Of a stretch of DNA of 39,686 nucleotides, positions 10,432 to 19,730 are shown piece by piece. Position numbers and translations under genes: made by a program. The stretch's first letter is position 1. Each line of letters opens with the position of its first letter. Under the pieces are notes generated by a model. That model was not told the DNA's origin. It did no database searches and worked only from the letters and a program-made list of their open reading frames with translations. The stretch is from an uncultured Anaerolineaceae bacterium (GTDB lineage: Bacteria; Chloroflexota; Anaerolineae; Anaerolineales; Villigracilaceae), in contig CAZSPX010000001.1 in the NCBI GenBank assembly GCA_964608885.1, forward strand, positions 21,343-61,028. The letters are read 5' to 3'.

Positions 10432-10445
10432 CTTTATAGATAGGG

Positions 10446-10461
10446 ACTAACACGTGTTAGT
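10446..10461. promoter_or_regulatory. Perfect 16-bp palindrome (candidate operator) just upstream of the LacI-family gene
   Basis: ACTAACAC|GTGTTAGT is centred on CG, 15-30 nt upstream of the lacI-family ATG (10431). It is flanked by direct ATAGGGA repeats at 10440-10446 and 10471-10477, and minus-strand TATACT / TATAAA boxes lie nearby. Confidence 0.4.
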
Positions 10462-10610
10462 AAAATCAGTATAGGGAATCCACACCCCCTTGTCAAGTAC
10501 CAATTTTTATCTTTTCCTGATCCGGGCCGCCCGTAACTCAGAACAAATATTCGGGTTATGTAGACTAATTGATCGGTATGCACCGAGCGCGATTGGAACA
10601 GGAGGCTCTT

Positions 10611-11024
10611 ATGGATATGGCATCGGTCAACTGGATGGCGGTTCTGGCGTGTGTTATTTTTGCAATGGTAAGTGGTTCAGTCTGGTATCACCCCAAGGTC
10701 TTCTTCCCGGCCTGGTGGAAGGGGATCGGGAAAACGGAAGCTGACCGTGCGGCGATGAGCCCGGGACCGATGATCTGGGTACTCACAATCATCGCGGCAC
10801 TGGTGGAGGCGGCGGGCGTTTCATTCCTGATCAAAGCCATGGGGGCGGATTCGCTGGCGTCGGGCGCGGCGGCGGGCTTTATGCTCTGGCTGGGATTGAT
10901 CGCGCCGACGTACCTGCTGAACAACCTTTTCGCGGGGCACGGGTGGAAGGTGTGGGCGATCGAGACAGGGAACCACCTCTTGAGTTTGATGGTGTTCGGG
11001 GCGATCCTGGCTGCCTGGAAGTAA
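10611..11024 (+). CDS. DUF1761-family small membrane protein
   Basis: MDMASVNWMAVLACVIFAMVSGSVWYHPKVFFPAWWKGIG... has four hydrophobic segments. GGAGG lies 5 nt upstream of the ATG at 10611. The track start at 10569 is probably too long. Confidence 0.7.
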   Translation: MDMASVNWMAVLACVIFAMVSGSVWYHPKVFFPAWWKGIGKTEADRAAMSPGPMIWVLTIIAALVEAAGVSFLIKAMGADSLASGAAAGFMLWLGLIAPTYLLNNLFAGHGWKVWAIETGNHLLSLMVFGAILAAWK

Positions 11025-11053
11025 CCTTCGTTTTGAGCGCAAGCGAGCATTTC

Positions 11054-11413
11054 ATGGAATATGATGACGCACAGGCCTGGCGCGATGCTGGCGAGTTCGG
11101 CATGGCGGTCTATTACATCTACCTGCTGAAAAAAGGTCCCAGCTGGACCCCGGATTCGACGCCGGAAATCAAAGCCTTACAGGATGCGCACCTGGCAAAC
11201 CTGGACCGGCTGGGGCAGGAGGGAAAACTGGTCCTGAATGGTCCGCTCCTGGATTCCTTCCAGTTGAGCGGAGAGATCCGTGGAATTGGCGTATTGAAAG
11301 CGGGCTCCCAGACAGAGGCCCGTGAATGGATCAGTACCGATCCCATGGTCAAGATCGGCCGCCTGGTCTTTGAGCTGCATACCTGGATGGTGGGCAAGGG
11401 AATCTTGCCATGA
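11054..11413 (+). CDS. YciI-like protein
   Basis: AVYYIYLLKKGPSWTP...LANLDRLGQEGKLVLNGPLLD...GIGVLKAGSQTEAREWISTDPMVKIGRLVFELHTWM. An alternative start is the ATG at 11102 (MAVYYIY). The upstream part of the track ORF overlaps the preceding gene. Confidence 0.65.
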   Translation: MEYDDAQAWRDAGEFGMAVYYIYLLKKGPSWTPDSTPEIKALQDAHLANLDRLGQEGKLVLNGPLLDSFQLSGEIRGIGVLKAGSQTEAREWISTDPMVKIGRLVFELHTWMVGKGILP

Positions 11414-11883
11414 AGATACGTCCGTATGAGGCCATAGATTTCGACGCGGTTACCATTCTCTGGCGGATCTCGCGGGAGCGTTCCCTTCCGGATTTCCAAC
11501 GCCGCAAAGGACATTTCTTTTACGAAGACAGGGATTATTTCCGGGATCACATCGCTGCGGAGGATCAGGTCTGGGTGATGGAGGATGGATCCCCGGCGGC
11601 TTTCATGGCCATACGCGGGGATTTCATCGACCATCTTTACGTCCATCCGGCTCACTGGCGCAGGTCCCTGGGAAGGCAATTTTTGGATTTTGCACGCGGT
11701 CTCTCGCCTGACCACCTATGGCTGTACACCCTGCAGGTGAACCAGCCCGCGCGTTCCTTCTATGAAAAGCATGGATTTGTTGCGGAGCGGTTCGGGACCA
11801 GCCCACCGCCCGAAAGTGAGCCGGATGTGGAGTATCACTGGCGCCCCGTTGAAGCTCCAATCCGCGAATCGCCCATGCCGTAG
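11410..11883 (+). CDS. GNAT-family N-acetyltransferase
   Basis: 157 aa. IDHLYVHPAHWRRSLGRQFLDFA...SFYEKHGF matches the acetyl-CoA-binding motif A pattern. ATGA overlap with the preceding gene. Confidence 0.8.
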   Translation: MKIRPYEAIDFDAVTILWRISRERSLPDFQRRKGHFFYEDRDYFRDHIAAEDQVWVMEDGSPAAFMAIRGDFIDHLYVHPAHWRRSLGRQFLDFARGLSPDHLWLYTLQVNQPARSFYEKHGFVAERFGTSPPPESEPDVEYHWRPVEAPIRESPMP

Positions 11884-11924
11884 CAACCTTTGCCATAGAG
11901 GGCCTTTGCCCGTAAAATAGCAGG

Positions 11925-13022
11925 ATGCGTCCAACTTACGTTGAAGTGAACCTGTCCCGACTCCGGCAAAACCTGGAAGCCATCCGTAAATGGGTGACGC
12001 CGGCGGCCGTGCTTGCAGTTGTCAAGGCGAATGCTTACGGTCACGGCGTGGATGGTGTGGCGCCCTTTCTTGAGCCATTTGTCGATTATCTGGGAGTAGC
12101 TTTGTTGGAGGAGGGGATCCACCTTCGAGGGCTGGGCATCAAAAAGCCCATCCTCGTCATGGGTGGGGTGCTGCCGGTTCAGATCCCGGAGTACCTGGAA
12201 CATGATCTGACGCTGACGGCATCCTCTGCGACGCTTCTGCTCGCTGCGGAGGCGGCTGCAAAAGAGAGCCGAAAACCCCTGCGCGTCCACCTGAAAATCG
12301 ACACAGGCATGGAGCGGGTGGGAGTGCGCGATACGGAAGCGCGCCCCTTTCTTGAAACCTCGCTTGCGTGCGATCACCTGGATATCGAGGGCATCTACTC
12401 CCATCTCGCCAACTCCGAGCGGGGGGATCGTTCCTTTTCACGGCTGCAGCTGGAGAGGTTTCAGAAGGTGCTTTCCATGTATGATGAGCTGGGAGCTGCC
12501 CAGCCGCGCATACGTCACCTGTGCAATTCAGGCGGGATCTTGCAGCTTCCGGAAGGTCACCTGGATATGGTACGGCCCGGGATCATGCTGTATGGGGTCT
12601 ATCCGGGATCCGAAGTGGACCGCCCAGTGAAGGTCGAGCCGGCTCTGATCTGGCGATCCCAGGTTGTTTACTCGAAGATCACCCCGCCCGGACGGCCGGT
12701 CGGATATGGCTCGCTGTGGGAGCCCAGGTCCCCGACGCGCATCGTTACCATCCCCTGCGGGTATGCGGATGGTTATTTTCGCCGAATGACGGGGCTGCCG
12801 CATGTGCTGATCAATGGGAAACGATATCCGCAGGTGGGGCGCATCTGCATGGACCAGTTCATGGTGGACGTAGGGAAGGACGATGTAAAGGTCGGTGATC
12901 CGGTGATCTTGCTGGGAGATGGGATCACCGCGGACGATCTGGGAGAATGGGCGGGAACGAACAATTACGAGCCCCTGACCAATATCAATGAGCGGGTGCC
13001 GCGTGTACACGTCACCGGGTAG
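11925..13022 (+). CDS. alr: Alanine racemase
   Basis: 365 aa. AVVKANAYGHG (PLP-lysine motif), HLKIDTGMERVG, and a C-terminal beta domain with GYADGY and ICMDQFMVD. Confidence 0.93.
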   Translation: MRPTYVEVNLSRLRQNLEAIRKWVTPAAVLAVVKANAYGHGVDGVAPFLEPFVDYLGVALLEEGIHLRGLGIKKPILVMGGVLPVQIPEYLEHDLTLTASSATLLLAAEAAAKESRKPLRVHLKIDTGMERVGVRDTEARPFLETSLACDHLDIEGIYSHLANSERGDRSFSRLQLERFQKVLSMYDELGAAQPRIRHLCNSGGILQLPEGHLDMVRPGIMLYGVYPGSEVDRPVKVEPALIWRSQVVYSKITPPGRPVGYGSLWEPRSPTRIVTIPCGYADGYFRRMTGLPHVLINGKRYPQVGRICMDQFMVDVGKDDVKVGDPVILLGDGITADDLGEWAGTNNYEPLTNINERVPRVHVTG

Positions 13023-13057
13023 GGTACAATAGGCGGGCATTATCAACCCTGAGGTGA

Positions 13058-13585
13058 TTGTTGAAACGAAAATTGCAGGATTACCTGACCTTATTTGTCC
13101 TTGGCGGTGGGATCGTTCTCCTGGATCAGTGGACCAAATGGCTTGTGAGGACCCGCATTCCTTTCCAGAGCTCATGGCTGCCGGATGGCTGGGAAGGGCT
13201 GGCTCCCTACGCACGCGTTGTCCACTGGAATAACAGTGGGGCAGCCTTTGGGATGTTCCAGAGTGGAAGCCTGGTCTTCACCATCCTTGCCTTCCTGGTG
13301 ATCGGCGCCATTCTTTATTATTATCCGCGCGTGGAAGCCGGGGATTGGCCGCTGCGGATTGCGATGGGCATGCAGTTGGCGGGGGCACTGGGGAACCTCA
13401 TCGACCGTCTGACGCAGGGCGGCCAGGTGACAGATTTCATCTCTGTGGGCAATTTCCCGGTCTTCAATATTGCGGACGCAAGCATCTCTGTGGGGGTGGT
13501 GGTGCTGATCCTGGGCGTCTGGTGGAAGGAAAACCAGGAGAAGAAACATCTTCAGGCACAAGCCGGGGAGCACAGCCCTGACTGA
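13058..13585 (+). CDS. lspA: Lipoprotein signal peptidase (signal peptidase II)
   Basis: 175 aa. NSGAAFG, GALGNLIDR and VTDFISVGNFPVFNIADASISVG. The start is a TTG (13058 or 13061) directly after an in-frame TGA and a GAGGTGA RBS. Confidence 0.9.
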   Translation: MLKRKLQDYLTLFVLGGGIVLLDQWTKWLVRTRIPFQSSWLPDGWEGLAPYARVVHWNNSGAAFGMFQSGSLVFTILAFLVIGAILYYYPRVEAGDWPLRIAMGMQLAGALGNLIDRLTQGGQVTDFISVGNFPVFNIADASISVGVVVLILGVWWKENQEKKHLQAQAGEHSPD

Positions 13586-13598
13586 GCAGGGGCAGCCA

Positions 13599-14525
13599 AT
13601 GGAAGAAAGCCGCATCGAATTCCTTTTCGATAAAAAAATCGGCGAGCGCCTGGATAAATACCTGGTGGAGAAGCTGCCGGAGTATTCACGGTCAAGAATC
13701 CAGGAGTTGATCACCGACCAGTATGTACTGGTGGAAGGTGCGGCAGCGCGCAAGGCGGGCCAAATGCTGGAGCCGGGACAGAGGGTCTCTGTGCATATCC
13801 CGCCTGTGGCTCCCGCGGTGATCAGCCCCGAGAAAATCCCGCTTGAGGTCGTATTTGAAAACCAGGACCTGATGGTGGTTAACAAACCGGCAGGCATGGT
13901 GGTGCATCCCGCAGCAGGGCATCACTCGGGCACCCTGGTCAATGCCGCGCTGGGGTATGACCCCGGCTTCGGAGAGATCGGTGGAGAAACGCGGCCCGGA
14001 ATCGTTCACAGGCTGGATAAAGAGACCTCCGGGCTGATCATCCTGGCAAGGAACGATGCGGCGCACCGCTGGCTCCAGGATCAATTCCGCGCACGAAAAG
14101 TGGAAAAGACCTATCTGGCGCTTGTCGAAGGCCGGCCTCCCACCCCCGTCGGACGCGTGGAAGCCCCCATTGGTCGAGATCCCGCGCACCGCAAGCAAAT
14201 GGCGATCCTTCCGCCCGGGAAGGGGCGCGAGGCGGTGAGCGAATACAAGACCCTGGAATCCTTTTCTGAGCACACGCTCCTGGAGTTCCATCCACTCACC
14301 GGGCGGACGCACCAGATCCGGCTGCACTGCGCATTTATCGGCTGCCCGATCGTGGGGGACAAAGTATATGGACAAAGGAAACAATCCATAGACCTGGAGC
14401 GCCATTTCCTGCATGCTGCCCGCCTTCGGATCGTCCTGCCCCAGGAATCAAAGCCGCACGAATTCAACGCTCCCCTTCCACAGGAACTTCAGACCGTTTT
14501 GGATCAGCTACGTATCCGGGAGTAA
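13599..14525 (+). CDS. rluD: RluA/RluD-family 23S rRNA pseudouridine synthase
   Basis: 308 aa. N-terminal S4-like domain (RLDKYL...SRSRIQELI), catalytic [14 protein letters not shown], and GRTHQIRLH. Confidence 0.9.
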   Translation: MEESRIEFLFDKKIGERLDKYLVEKLPEYSRSRIQELITDQYVLVEGAAARKAGQMLEPGQRVSVHIPPVAPAVISPEKIPLEVVFENQDLMVVNKPAGMVVHPAAGHHSGTLVNAALGYDPGFGEIGGETRPGIVHRLDKETSGLIILARNDAAHRWLQDQFRARKVEKTYLALVEGRPPTPVGRVEAPIGRDPAHRKQMAILPPGKGREAVSEYKTLESFSEHTLLEFHPLTGRTHQIRLHCAFIGCPIVGDKVYGQRKQSIDLERHFLHAARLRIVLPQESKPHEFNAPLPQELQTVLDQLRIRE

Positions 14526-14529
14526 AAAA

Positions 14530-15570
14530 ATGGATATCGTTGACCTCCGCTCCGATACAGTGACCCATCCTACACCCGAGATGCGTGCCGCAATGGCAGA
14601 AGCAATCGTGGGCGATGATGTTTACGGGGATGACCCCACCGTTAACCGTCTCCAGGAAATGGCCGCCCAGATGCTGGGAAAGGAGGCTGCTCTTTTTGTC
14701 CCCTCGGGGACGATGGGCAACCTTCTTGCCTTGCTGGTCCACTGCCAGCGAGGGGATGAGGTCATTGTAGGGGGCAGCTCCCATATTTATTTGAATGAGG
14801 CGGGTGGTATGGCAGCGCTGGGAGGCATCCAGGCGTGCCCGGTGAGAAACCAGGCAGATGGCACCCTCAGCCCGGAGGATATCCGGGCCTCGATCCGCAC
14901 GGAGGATGTCCACCACCCGATCACACGCCTGATCTGTCTTGAAAATACCCAGAATATCTGCGGGGGCGTTCCGCTGACAGCCGTGTACACCCGTGAGGTT
15001 GGCGAGCTGGCGCGCGCAAATGGGCTCCATCTCCACATCGATGGGGCGCGCATCTTCAATTCTGCCGTGGCACAGGGTGTGCCGGTCGTGAGCCTGGTCG
15101 AGCCAGCCGATTCCGTGATGTTCTGTCTCAGCAAAGGGCTGGCCGCGCCGGTCGGTTCCATGTTGGTGGGCGGGAGAGCCTTTATCCAGCGAGCGCGGCA
15201 TTTGCGAAAGATGCTGGGGGGTGGGATGCGCCAGGCGGGCGTGCTTGCAGCGGCCGGGATCGTTGCCCTTCAATCCATGATCGAGCGGCTGGAGGATGAC
15301 CATTCACGTGCACGGCGGCTGGCCGAGAGGCTGGGGGACATTCCGGGGATCGAACTGGATTCAGGCACCCCACATACCAATATGGTCTATTTCTCCCTGG
15401 GAGAAGAGGCAAAATTTGATGCGGCCGAGGTCACTCTGCGGATTCGTCCCCTGGGTGTCCTGCTGGATCCGGATGGGCCGCGCCGCTTCCGCCTGGTAAC
15501 GCACTGCTGGATCGATGATGCGGCGGTGGACAAGGCAATCGAGGCGTTCCAGACCGTACTGGCAGGCTGA
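14530..15570 (+). CDS. ltaE: Low-specificity L-threonine aldolase
   Basis: Start is the ATG at 14530 ([37 protein letters not shown]). GTMGNLLAL, and [11 protein letters not shown] containing the PLP lysine. The upstream part of the track ORF overlaps rluD. Confidence 0.88.
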   Translation: MDIVDLRSDTVTHPTPEMRAAMAEAIVGDDVYGDDPTVNRLQEMAAQMLGKEAALFVPSGTMGNLLALLVHCQRGDEVIVGGSSHIYLNEAGGMAALGGIQACPVRNQADGTLSPEDIRASIRTEDVHHPITRLICLENTQNICGGVPLTAVYTREVGELARANGLHLHIDGARIFNSAVAQGVPVVSLVEPADSVMFCLSKGLAAPVGSMLVGGRAFIQRARHLRKMLGGGMRQAGVLAAAGIVALQSMIERLEDDHSRARRLAERLGDIPGIELDSGTPHTNMVYFSLGEEAKFDAAEVTLRIRPLGVLLDPDGPRRFRLVTHCWIDDAAVDKAIEAFQTVLAG

Positions 15571-15590
15571 TCTCTGCCGGGGAAGGCGTG

Positions 15591-15615
15591 AAGCCACATT
15601 TTGAGCCTGTGGCTT
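15591..15615 (+). terminator. Hairpin downstream of ltaE (weak terminator or processing-site candidate)
   Basis: AAGCCACA (15591-15598) pairs with TGTGGCTT (15608-15615) across a 9-nt loop. No U-tract follows. Confidence 0.25.
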
Positions 15616-15647
15616 GGCGGATGCAGGATCGTTCAGATTCCCCTTTC

Positions 15648-15656
15648 TGATATAAT
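15648..15656 (+). promoter_or_regulatory. Extended -10 promoter element (TGaTATAAT) upstream of the nucleoside phosphorylase gene
   Basis: TGATATAAT at 15648-15656, about 50 nt upstream of the ATG at 15708, in the only sizeable gap of the gene train. No convincing -35 element. Confidence 0.4.
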
Positions 15657-15707
15657 CCTTTTGCAATCCAGTGGGACTGAGGTCCTAATTCTGAGAATTG
15701 GAAAACA

Positions 15708-16544
15708 ATGCAACCCAACCTGACGCTTGAACAGATCGATGAAACCGTGCGAGCCATCCGGTCGCGCTCCTCAGCCGAACCGCGCATAGGCATGATCCTG
15801 GGATCCGGTTTAAACGCGCTGGCCGAGTCGGTGCAGGATGCGGATATCATTCCATTTGGTGATCTCCCGCATTTTCCGGTTTCAACCGTCCAGGGACATG
15901 CCGGGCGCCTGGTCATTGGAGATCTTGAGAACGTCCCGGTGTTCGTCATGCAAGGGCGGGTGCATTTTTACGAAGGCTACGGCATCAATCGCACCACGCT
16001 GCCGGTGAGGGTCATGAAACGCCTCGGGATCGAGATCTTGATCGTAACGAATGCGGCCGGCTGCGTGAACCCGGAATTTGAGCCCGGCCAGGTCATGTTG
16101 ATCACCGACCATCTGAATATCATGGGAATGACAGGGAACAATCCCTTGATGGGACCCAACCTGGATGAATTTGGGCCTCGTTTCCCGGATATGAGCCGGG
16201 CGTACGACCGCGAATTGGCAGAGCTCGCGCGCCGGGTGGCGGCTGAAAATCACCTTGTCCTACAAGAAGGCGTCTATGCTGGACTGAGCGGCCCGTCCTT
16301 TGAATCGCCGGCGGAGCTGCGTTTTCTGCGTGTGGCAGGCGCGGACGCGGTGGGTATGTCCACTGTGCCGGAGGTGATCGTGGCCCGGCATGCCGGTATG
16401 CGGGTGCTGGGGCTTTCCGGCATCAGCAACAAAGCCAACCTGGATGGCTCGACCACCACCACGCATGAAGAGGTTTTCGAAGCTGGAAAGATCCTCACAC
16501 CTCAATTGGAAACCATCATCCGCGGGGTTTTGCGCGGGTTATGA
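15708..16544 (+). CDS. Purine nucleoside phosphorylase (trimeric PNP/PunA type)
   Basis: 278 aa. IGMILGSGLN, GHAGRLVIG, VMQGRVHFYEGY, GMSTVPEV and HEEV. Confidence 0.88.
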   Translation: MQPNLTLEQIDETVRAIRSRSSAEPRIGMILGSGLNALAESVQDADIIPFGDLPHFPVSTVQGHAGRLVIGDLENVPVFVMQGRVHFYEGYGINRTTLPVRVMKRLGIEILIVTNAAGCVNPEFEPGQVMLITDHLNIMGMTGNNPLMGPNLDEFGPRFPDMSRAYDRELAELARRVAAENHLVLQEGVYAGLSGPSFESPAELRFLRVAGADAVGMSTVPEVIVARHAGMRVLGLSGISNKANLDGSTTTTHEEVFEAGKILTPQLETIIRGVLRGL

Positions 16545-16559
16545 CCGCAAAGCAGTGGC

Positions 16560-17237
16560 ATGACCGGCCTGTTTCGTTTTCTCGCTTCGTATGAAGCGCT
16601 AATCTACATTGTCCTTGCGATCGGGGGCCTGTTTGCGTTTCGATGGCTTTTCACTTCCTGGCAGGAATGGCAGCAGTCGGTCTTCAGACTGGAGCGCGAG
16701 TTTTCCCTGCGCAGGCTCAGCCAGGCGCTGGCGGTCAGCCTGGTGGTGGTAGCGCTGCTTTGTACGGAGTTTGTGGTGGCTTCCTTTATCATTCCCTCCC
16801 TTCCCGCACAGGTGTTTATCCCTTCGCCTACCCTGGACCTGCTGGCCCTGCCTCCGGGCACCCTCTCCCCTGAGCTGATGACGCGCGTCGCCCAGGCCAC
16901 CCAGCCGGCCGTCTCGGCGAACATGCAGGGATGCATTCCCGGCGAGCTGATGATCACCTCCCCGATCCCCGGCGCGGAGGTGAAAGGCAAGATCGATATA
17001 GCCGGGACGGTCAATATTCCGGATTTTGGTTTTTATAAATATGAGGTTGCGCTGCGCGGCAGCGAAACCTGGGCAACGATCGCGGCCGACACCTCGGTTG
17101 TCAAGGACGGCACCCTGGGAAGTTGGGATACATCGGCTCTGACGCCGGGAGATTACCAACTGCGGATCGTTGCCACCGACAATCAGGGAGAATCCCTGCC
17201 TCCCTGCATCATCCCCATTCGAGTACTGGCTCCCTGA
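16560..17237 (+). CDS. Hypothetical membrane protein with a C-terminal beta-sandwich (Ig-like) domain
   Basis: 225 aa. Two hydrophobic segments (LIYIVLAIGGLFAF; ALAVSLVVVALLCTEFVVASFII), a Pro-rich linker and a C-terminal ~100 aa (ITSPIPGAEVKGKIDIAGTV...GDYQLRIVATDNQG). No family recognised. Confidence 0.6.
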   Translation: MTGLFRFLASYEALIYIVLAIGGLFAFRWLFTSWQEWQQSVFRLEREFSLRRLSQALAVSLVVVALLCTEFVVASFIIPSLPAQVFIPSPTLDLLALPPGTLSPELMTRVAQATQPAVSANMQGCIPGELMITSPIPGAEVKGKIDIAGTVNIPDFGFYKYEVALRGSETWATIAADTSVVKDGTLGSWDTSALTPGDYQLRIVATDNQGESLPPCIIPIRVLAP

Positions 17238-17239
17238 CC

Positions 17240-17779
17240 ATGATAGATTTCAAGATCCGACCCGCCCTTGCCTCCGACCTGTCCCGCCTAATGGCGCTCG
17301 ACCACAGCATTCGCAGCGACCACGTCTGGCAGCTTGAGCTGCGCACGGACGCAAGCCAGGTGCTGGCGACCTTCCGGGAGGTGCGTCTGCCACGCCCGAT
17401 CACCCTGGAATACCCGCATGATCCCTTTGCCCTGGCGGACGAATGGAAGCGGATGTCCATGATGTACACAGCCATCAGCGGACCGGATGCGGTGGGATAC
17501 ATCCTGCTGACGGAACAGCCGGAGTTATCGCTGGTCCGTGTCGCTGACCTGGTGGTCGCGCCGCAGGTCCGCCGGCAGGGGGTGGGAAGCGCTCTTCTGG
17601 CGGCTGCCCAGGATTGGGGGCAGGGACATAACAGCCGGAGAATGATGCTGGAAATGCAGGCCAAGAACCTGCCCGCCATCCGCCTGGCGCAGAAACATGG
17701 TTACGAATTCTGCGGGTATAATGACCATTACTATCTCAGTCAGGACGTTGCCCTTTTCTTTGCGAGGGCCTTGAAATAA
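17240..17779 (+). CDS. GNAT-family N-acetyltransferase
   Basis: Start is the ATG at 17240 (MIDFKIRPALASDLSRL). VADLVVAPQVRRQGVGSALLAAA...AIRLAQKHGYEFCG. Confidence 0.8.
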   Translation: MIDFKIRPALASDLSRLMALDHSIRSDHVWQLELRTDASQVLATFREVRLPRPITLEYPHDPFALADEWKRMSMMYTAISGPDAVGYILLTEQPELSLVRVADLVVAPQVRRQGVGSALLAAAQDWGQGHNSRRMMLEMQAKNLPAIRLAQKHGYEFCGYNDHYYLSQDVALFFARALK

Positions 17780-17800
17780 CTTAACGTACTGGAAGGCTGC

Positions 17801-19717
17801 ATGGTTACCGGTTGGTCAGACAACTTACTCGGGGGGATCCGAACACTCAACCAGATCCTGACGGCAGGAATCGCCATCACGGCTTTTTCACTATTCCTGT
17901 ACGCGCTTTCATTCAATTTACGAGACCGGGTGGCCCGGTCTTTTGCCATCATCCTTCTGTGCGTGGTGGTTGTGTTCACCACGGAAGCCCTGCAGGATGA
18001 TTCGATCCCGGCGCGGGGGCTGGATATACTTCTGCGCCTGCAGTGGCTGGGGATCATCTACCTGCCGGCCGCCTATCTGCATCTCTCGGATGCGGTCCTT
18101 GTCACTGCCGGGCGTCCCTCGCGCGGCCGTCGCCGGCTGGCTGTTCGGGGTATCTACCTTATCTCGACCCTTTTCCTGGTCCTGATGGCCTCAGGGTACC
18201 TTCTGGGACCGCTGGTCCCAAATGGCGTGCCCGCGCCCCATCTCCAGCGCACCCTGTGGACAGAAATATTCACGCTATTTTACGTATTCACGATCGCCTG
18301 GGCCGGGGTGAATTTCCTGCGAGCATACCGGCGGATGCTGACGCGTTCCGGTCAGCGGCGAATGCTGTACCTGATGGCGGGAGCGACTGCTCCGGCCCTG
18401 GGTTCCTACCCGTACCTGATGTTCGGCTCGAGCCTTGCGGCCCAGTTTCCCCATCTTTTCTGGGGAGTTGCCCTGGTCATCAATATTCTGGTGGCGGGGC
18501 TTGTGGTCATCATGGCGTATGCCGTAGCCTTTTTCGGGGTTTCATGGCCGGACCGGGTCGTCAAAAGCCGACTGTTCAAATGGATCATGCGCGGGCCCGT
18601 CACGGCCTCGGCCGCTCTGGGTATGATGACGATTGTACGGCGCGCGGGGGAGGTCTTTGGGGGCATTCCATATAATGCCTTTGTGCCCCTGGTCGTGGTG
18701 GCGACCGTGCTGCTCCTGGAGCACTTGATCACCCTGGTTGCTCCGATCTGGGAGCGCTGGCTTTTTTATGGCCGGGACAGGACAGAACTGCGATTCCTGC
18801 AAAATGTGGAGGAGCGCCTCCTCACGGGAAGCGACCTGAACCAATTCCTGGAGGCTGTCCTGGCAGCGGTCCGTGACCACCTCCAGTCTCCCTCGGCCTT
18901 TGTGGCTGCCCTGGACGAAGATGAGCTATCAATGATCGTGCTTGCCGGAAAGCGCAGCATGATCAGCCAACCGGACCTGCCGCAGGTAATGGAGCGCGTG
19001 AACGGCAATGGGCCGCGCCATGAATTTATATGGGGAGATTTCTGGGTGCTCCCGCTCTATCAGCGCAGGCGACTGGAGATGGACCGCGATGAACAGCCAC
19101 CCCTGCTTGGCCTGCTGGGCGTGGCACGCCGGGGAGGAGAAGACCTGGAACATGACCAGCGGGAGGCGTTATGGCTCCTGGCGGACCGGGCTGCCCTGGC
19201 GCTTGAAGACCGGCAGTTACAGCAGCGGGTCTTCCGCTCCCTGGAAGACCTTCAACCCCAGGTGGAGATGATCCAGAGGCTGCGAGCGGCAGGCCGCTAC
19301 GATGTAAGCGCCAACCTGCTATCTGAGCCGCTGCCCCAGGAGAGTGATCTTGCCAACTGGGTGAAGGATGCTCTTACCCACTACTGGGGCGGCCCCAAGC
19401 TCACGGCCAGTCCCTTGATGCGCCTTCAGGTGGTGCAGGAACTGACCGATGATCATGAAGGCAATACGGCCAACGCGCTGCGTGCACTCCTGCGCAAGGC
19501 AGTAGATCAAGTCAAGCCGGAGGGGGACCGGCGCTTCACCACGGAATGGATTCTCTACAATATACTTGAAATGAAATTCATCGAAGGGCGCAAGGTGCGC
19601 GAAGTGGCTTCACGCCTCGCTATGTCTGAGGCCGACCTGTACCGCAAGCAGCGAGTGGCGGTGGAGGCAGTGGCACACGCGATCCTGGAGATGGAATCTG
19701 AGATACAGGAACGATAG
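17801..19717 (+). CDS. Polytopic membrane protein fused to a GAF-like domain and a C-terminal sigma-70-region-4-like HTH (putative membrane-embedded one-component regulator)
   Basis: 638 aa. About 7-8 hydrophobic helices in aa 15-320. A GAF-like region at aa ~335-480 (LLGLLGVARRGG...LADRAALALEDRQL). The C-terminus is ILYNILEMKFIEGRKVREVASRLAMSEADLYRKQRVAVEAVAHAIL. GGAAGG RBS. Confidence 0.7.
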   Translation: MVTGWSDNLLGGIRTLNQILTAGIAITAFSLFLYALSFNLRDRVARSFAIILLCVVVVFTTEALQDDSIPARGLDILLRLQWLGIIYLPAAYLHLSDAVLVTAGRPSRGRRRLAVRGIYLISTLFLVLMASGYLLGPLVPNGVPAPHLQRTLWTEIFTLFYVFTIAWAGVNFLRAYRRMLTRSGQRRMLYLMAGATAPALGSYPYLMFGSSLAAQFPHLFWGVALVINILVAGLVVIMAYAVAFFGVSWPDRVVKSRLFKWIMRGPVTASAALGMMTIVRRAGEVFGGIPYNAFVPLVVVATVLLLEHLITLVAPIWERWLFYGRDRTELRFLQNVEERLLTGSDLNQFLEAVLAAVRDHLQSPSAFVAALDEDELSMIVLAGKRSMISQPDLPQVMERVNGNGPRHEFIWGDFWVLPLYQRRRLEMDRDEQPPLLGLLGVARRGGEDLEHDQREALWLLADRAALALEDRQLQQRVFRSLEDLQPQVEMIQRLRAAGRYDVSANLLSEPLPQESDLANWVKDALTHYWGGPKLTASPLMRLQVVQELTDDHEGNTANALRALLRKAVDQVKPEGDRRFTTEWILYNILEMKFIEGRKVREVASRLAMSEADLYRKQRVAVEAVAHAILEMESEIQER

Positions 19718-19730
19718 GGAAGGAGCAAAT

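Noticed and set aside
17240-17779. The GNAT genes (also 11410..11883) as GNAT-toxin/antitoxin pairs.
   Set aside because: No small RHH/DUF1778-type antitoxin gene lies adjacent. The upstream neighbours are a 225-aa membrane protein and a YciI-like protein. Their sizes and motifs fit ordinary acetyltransferases.
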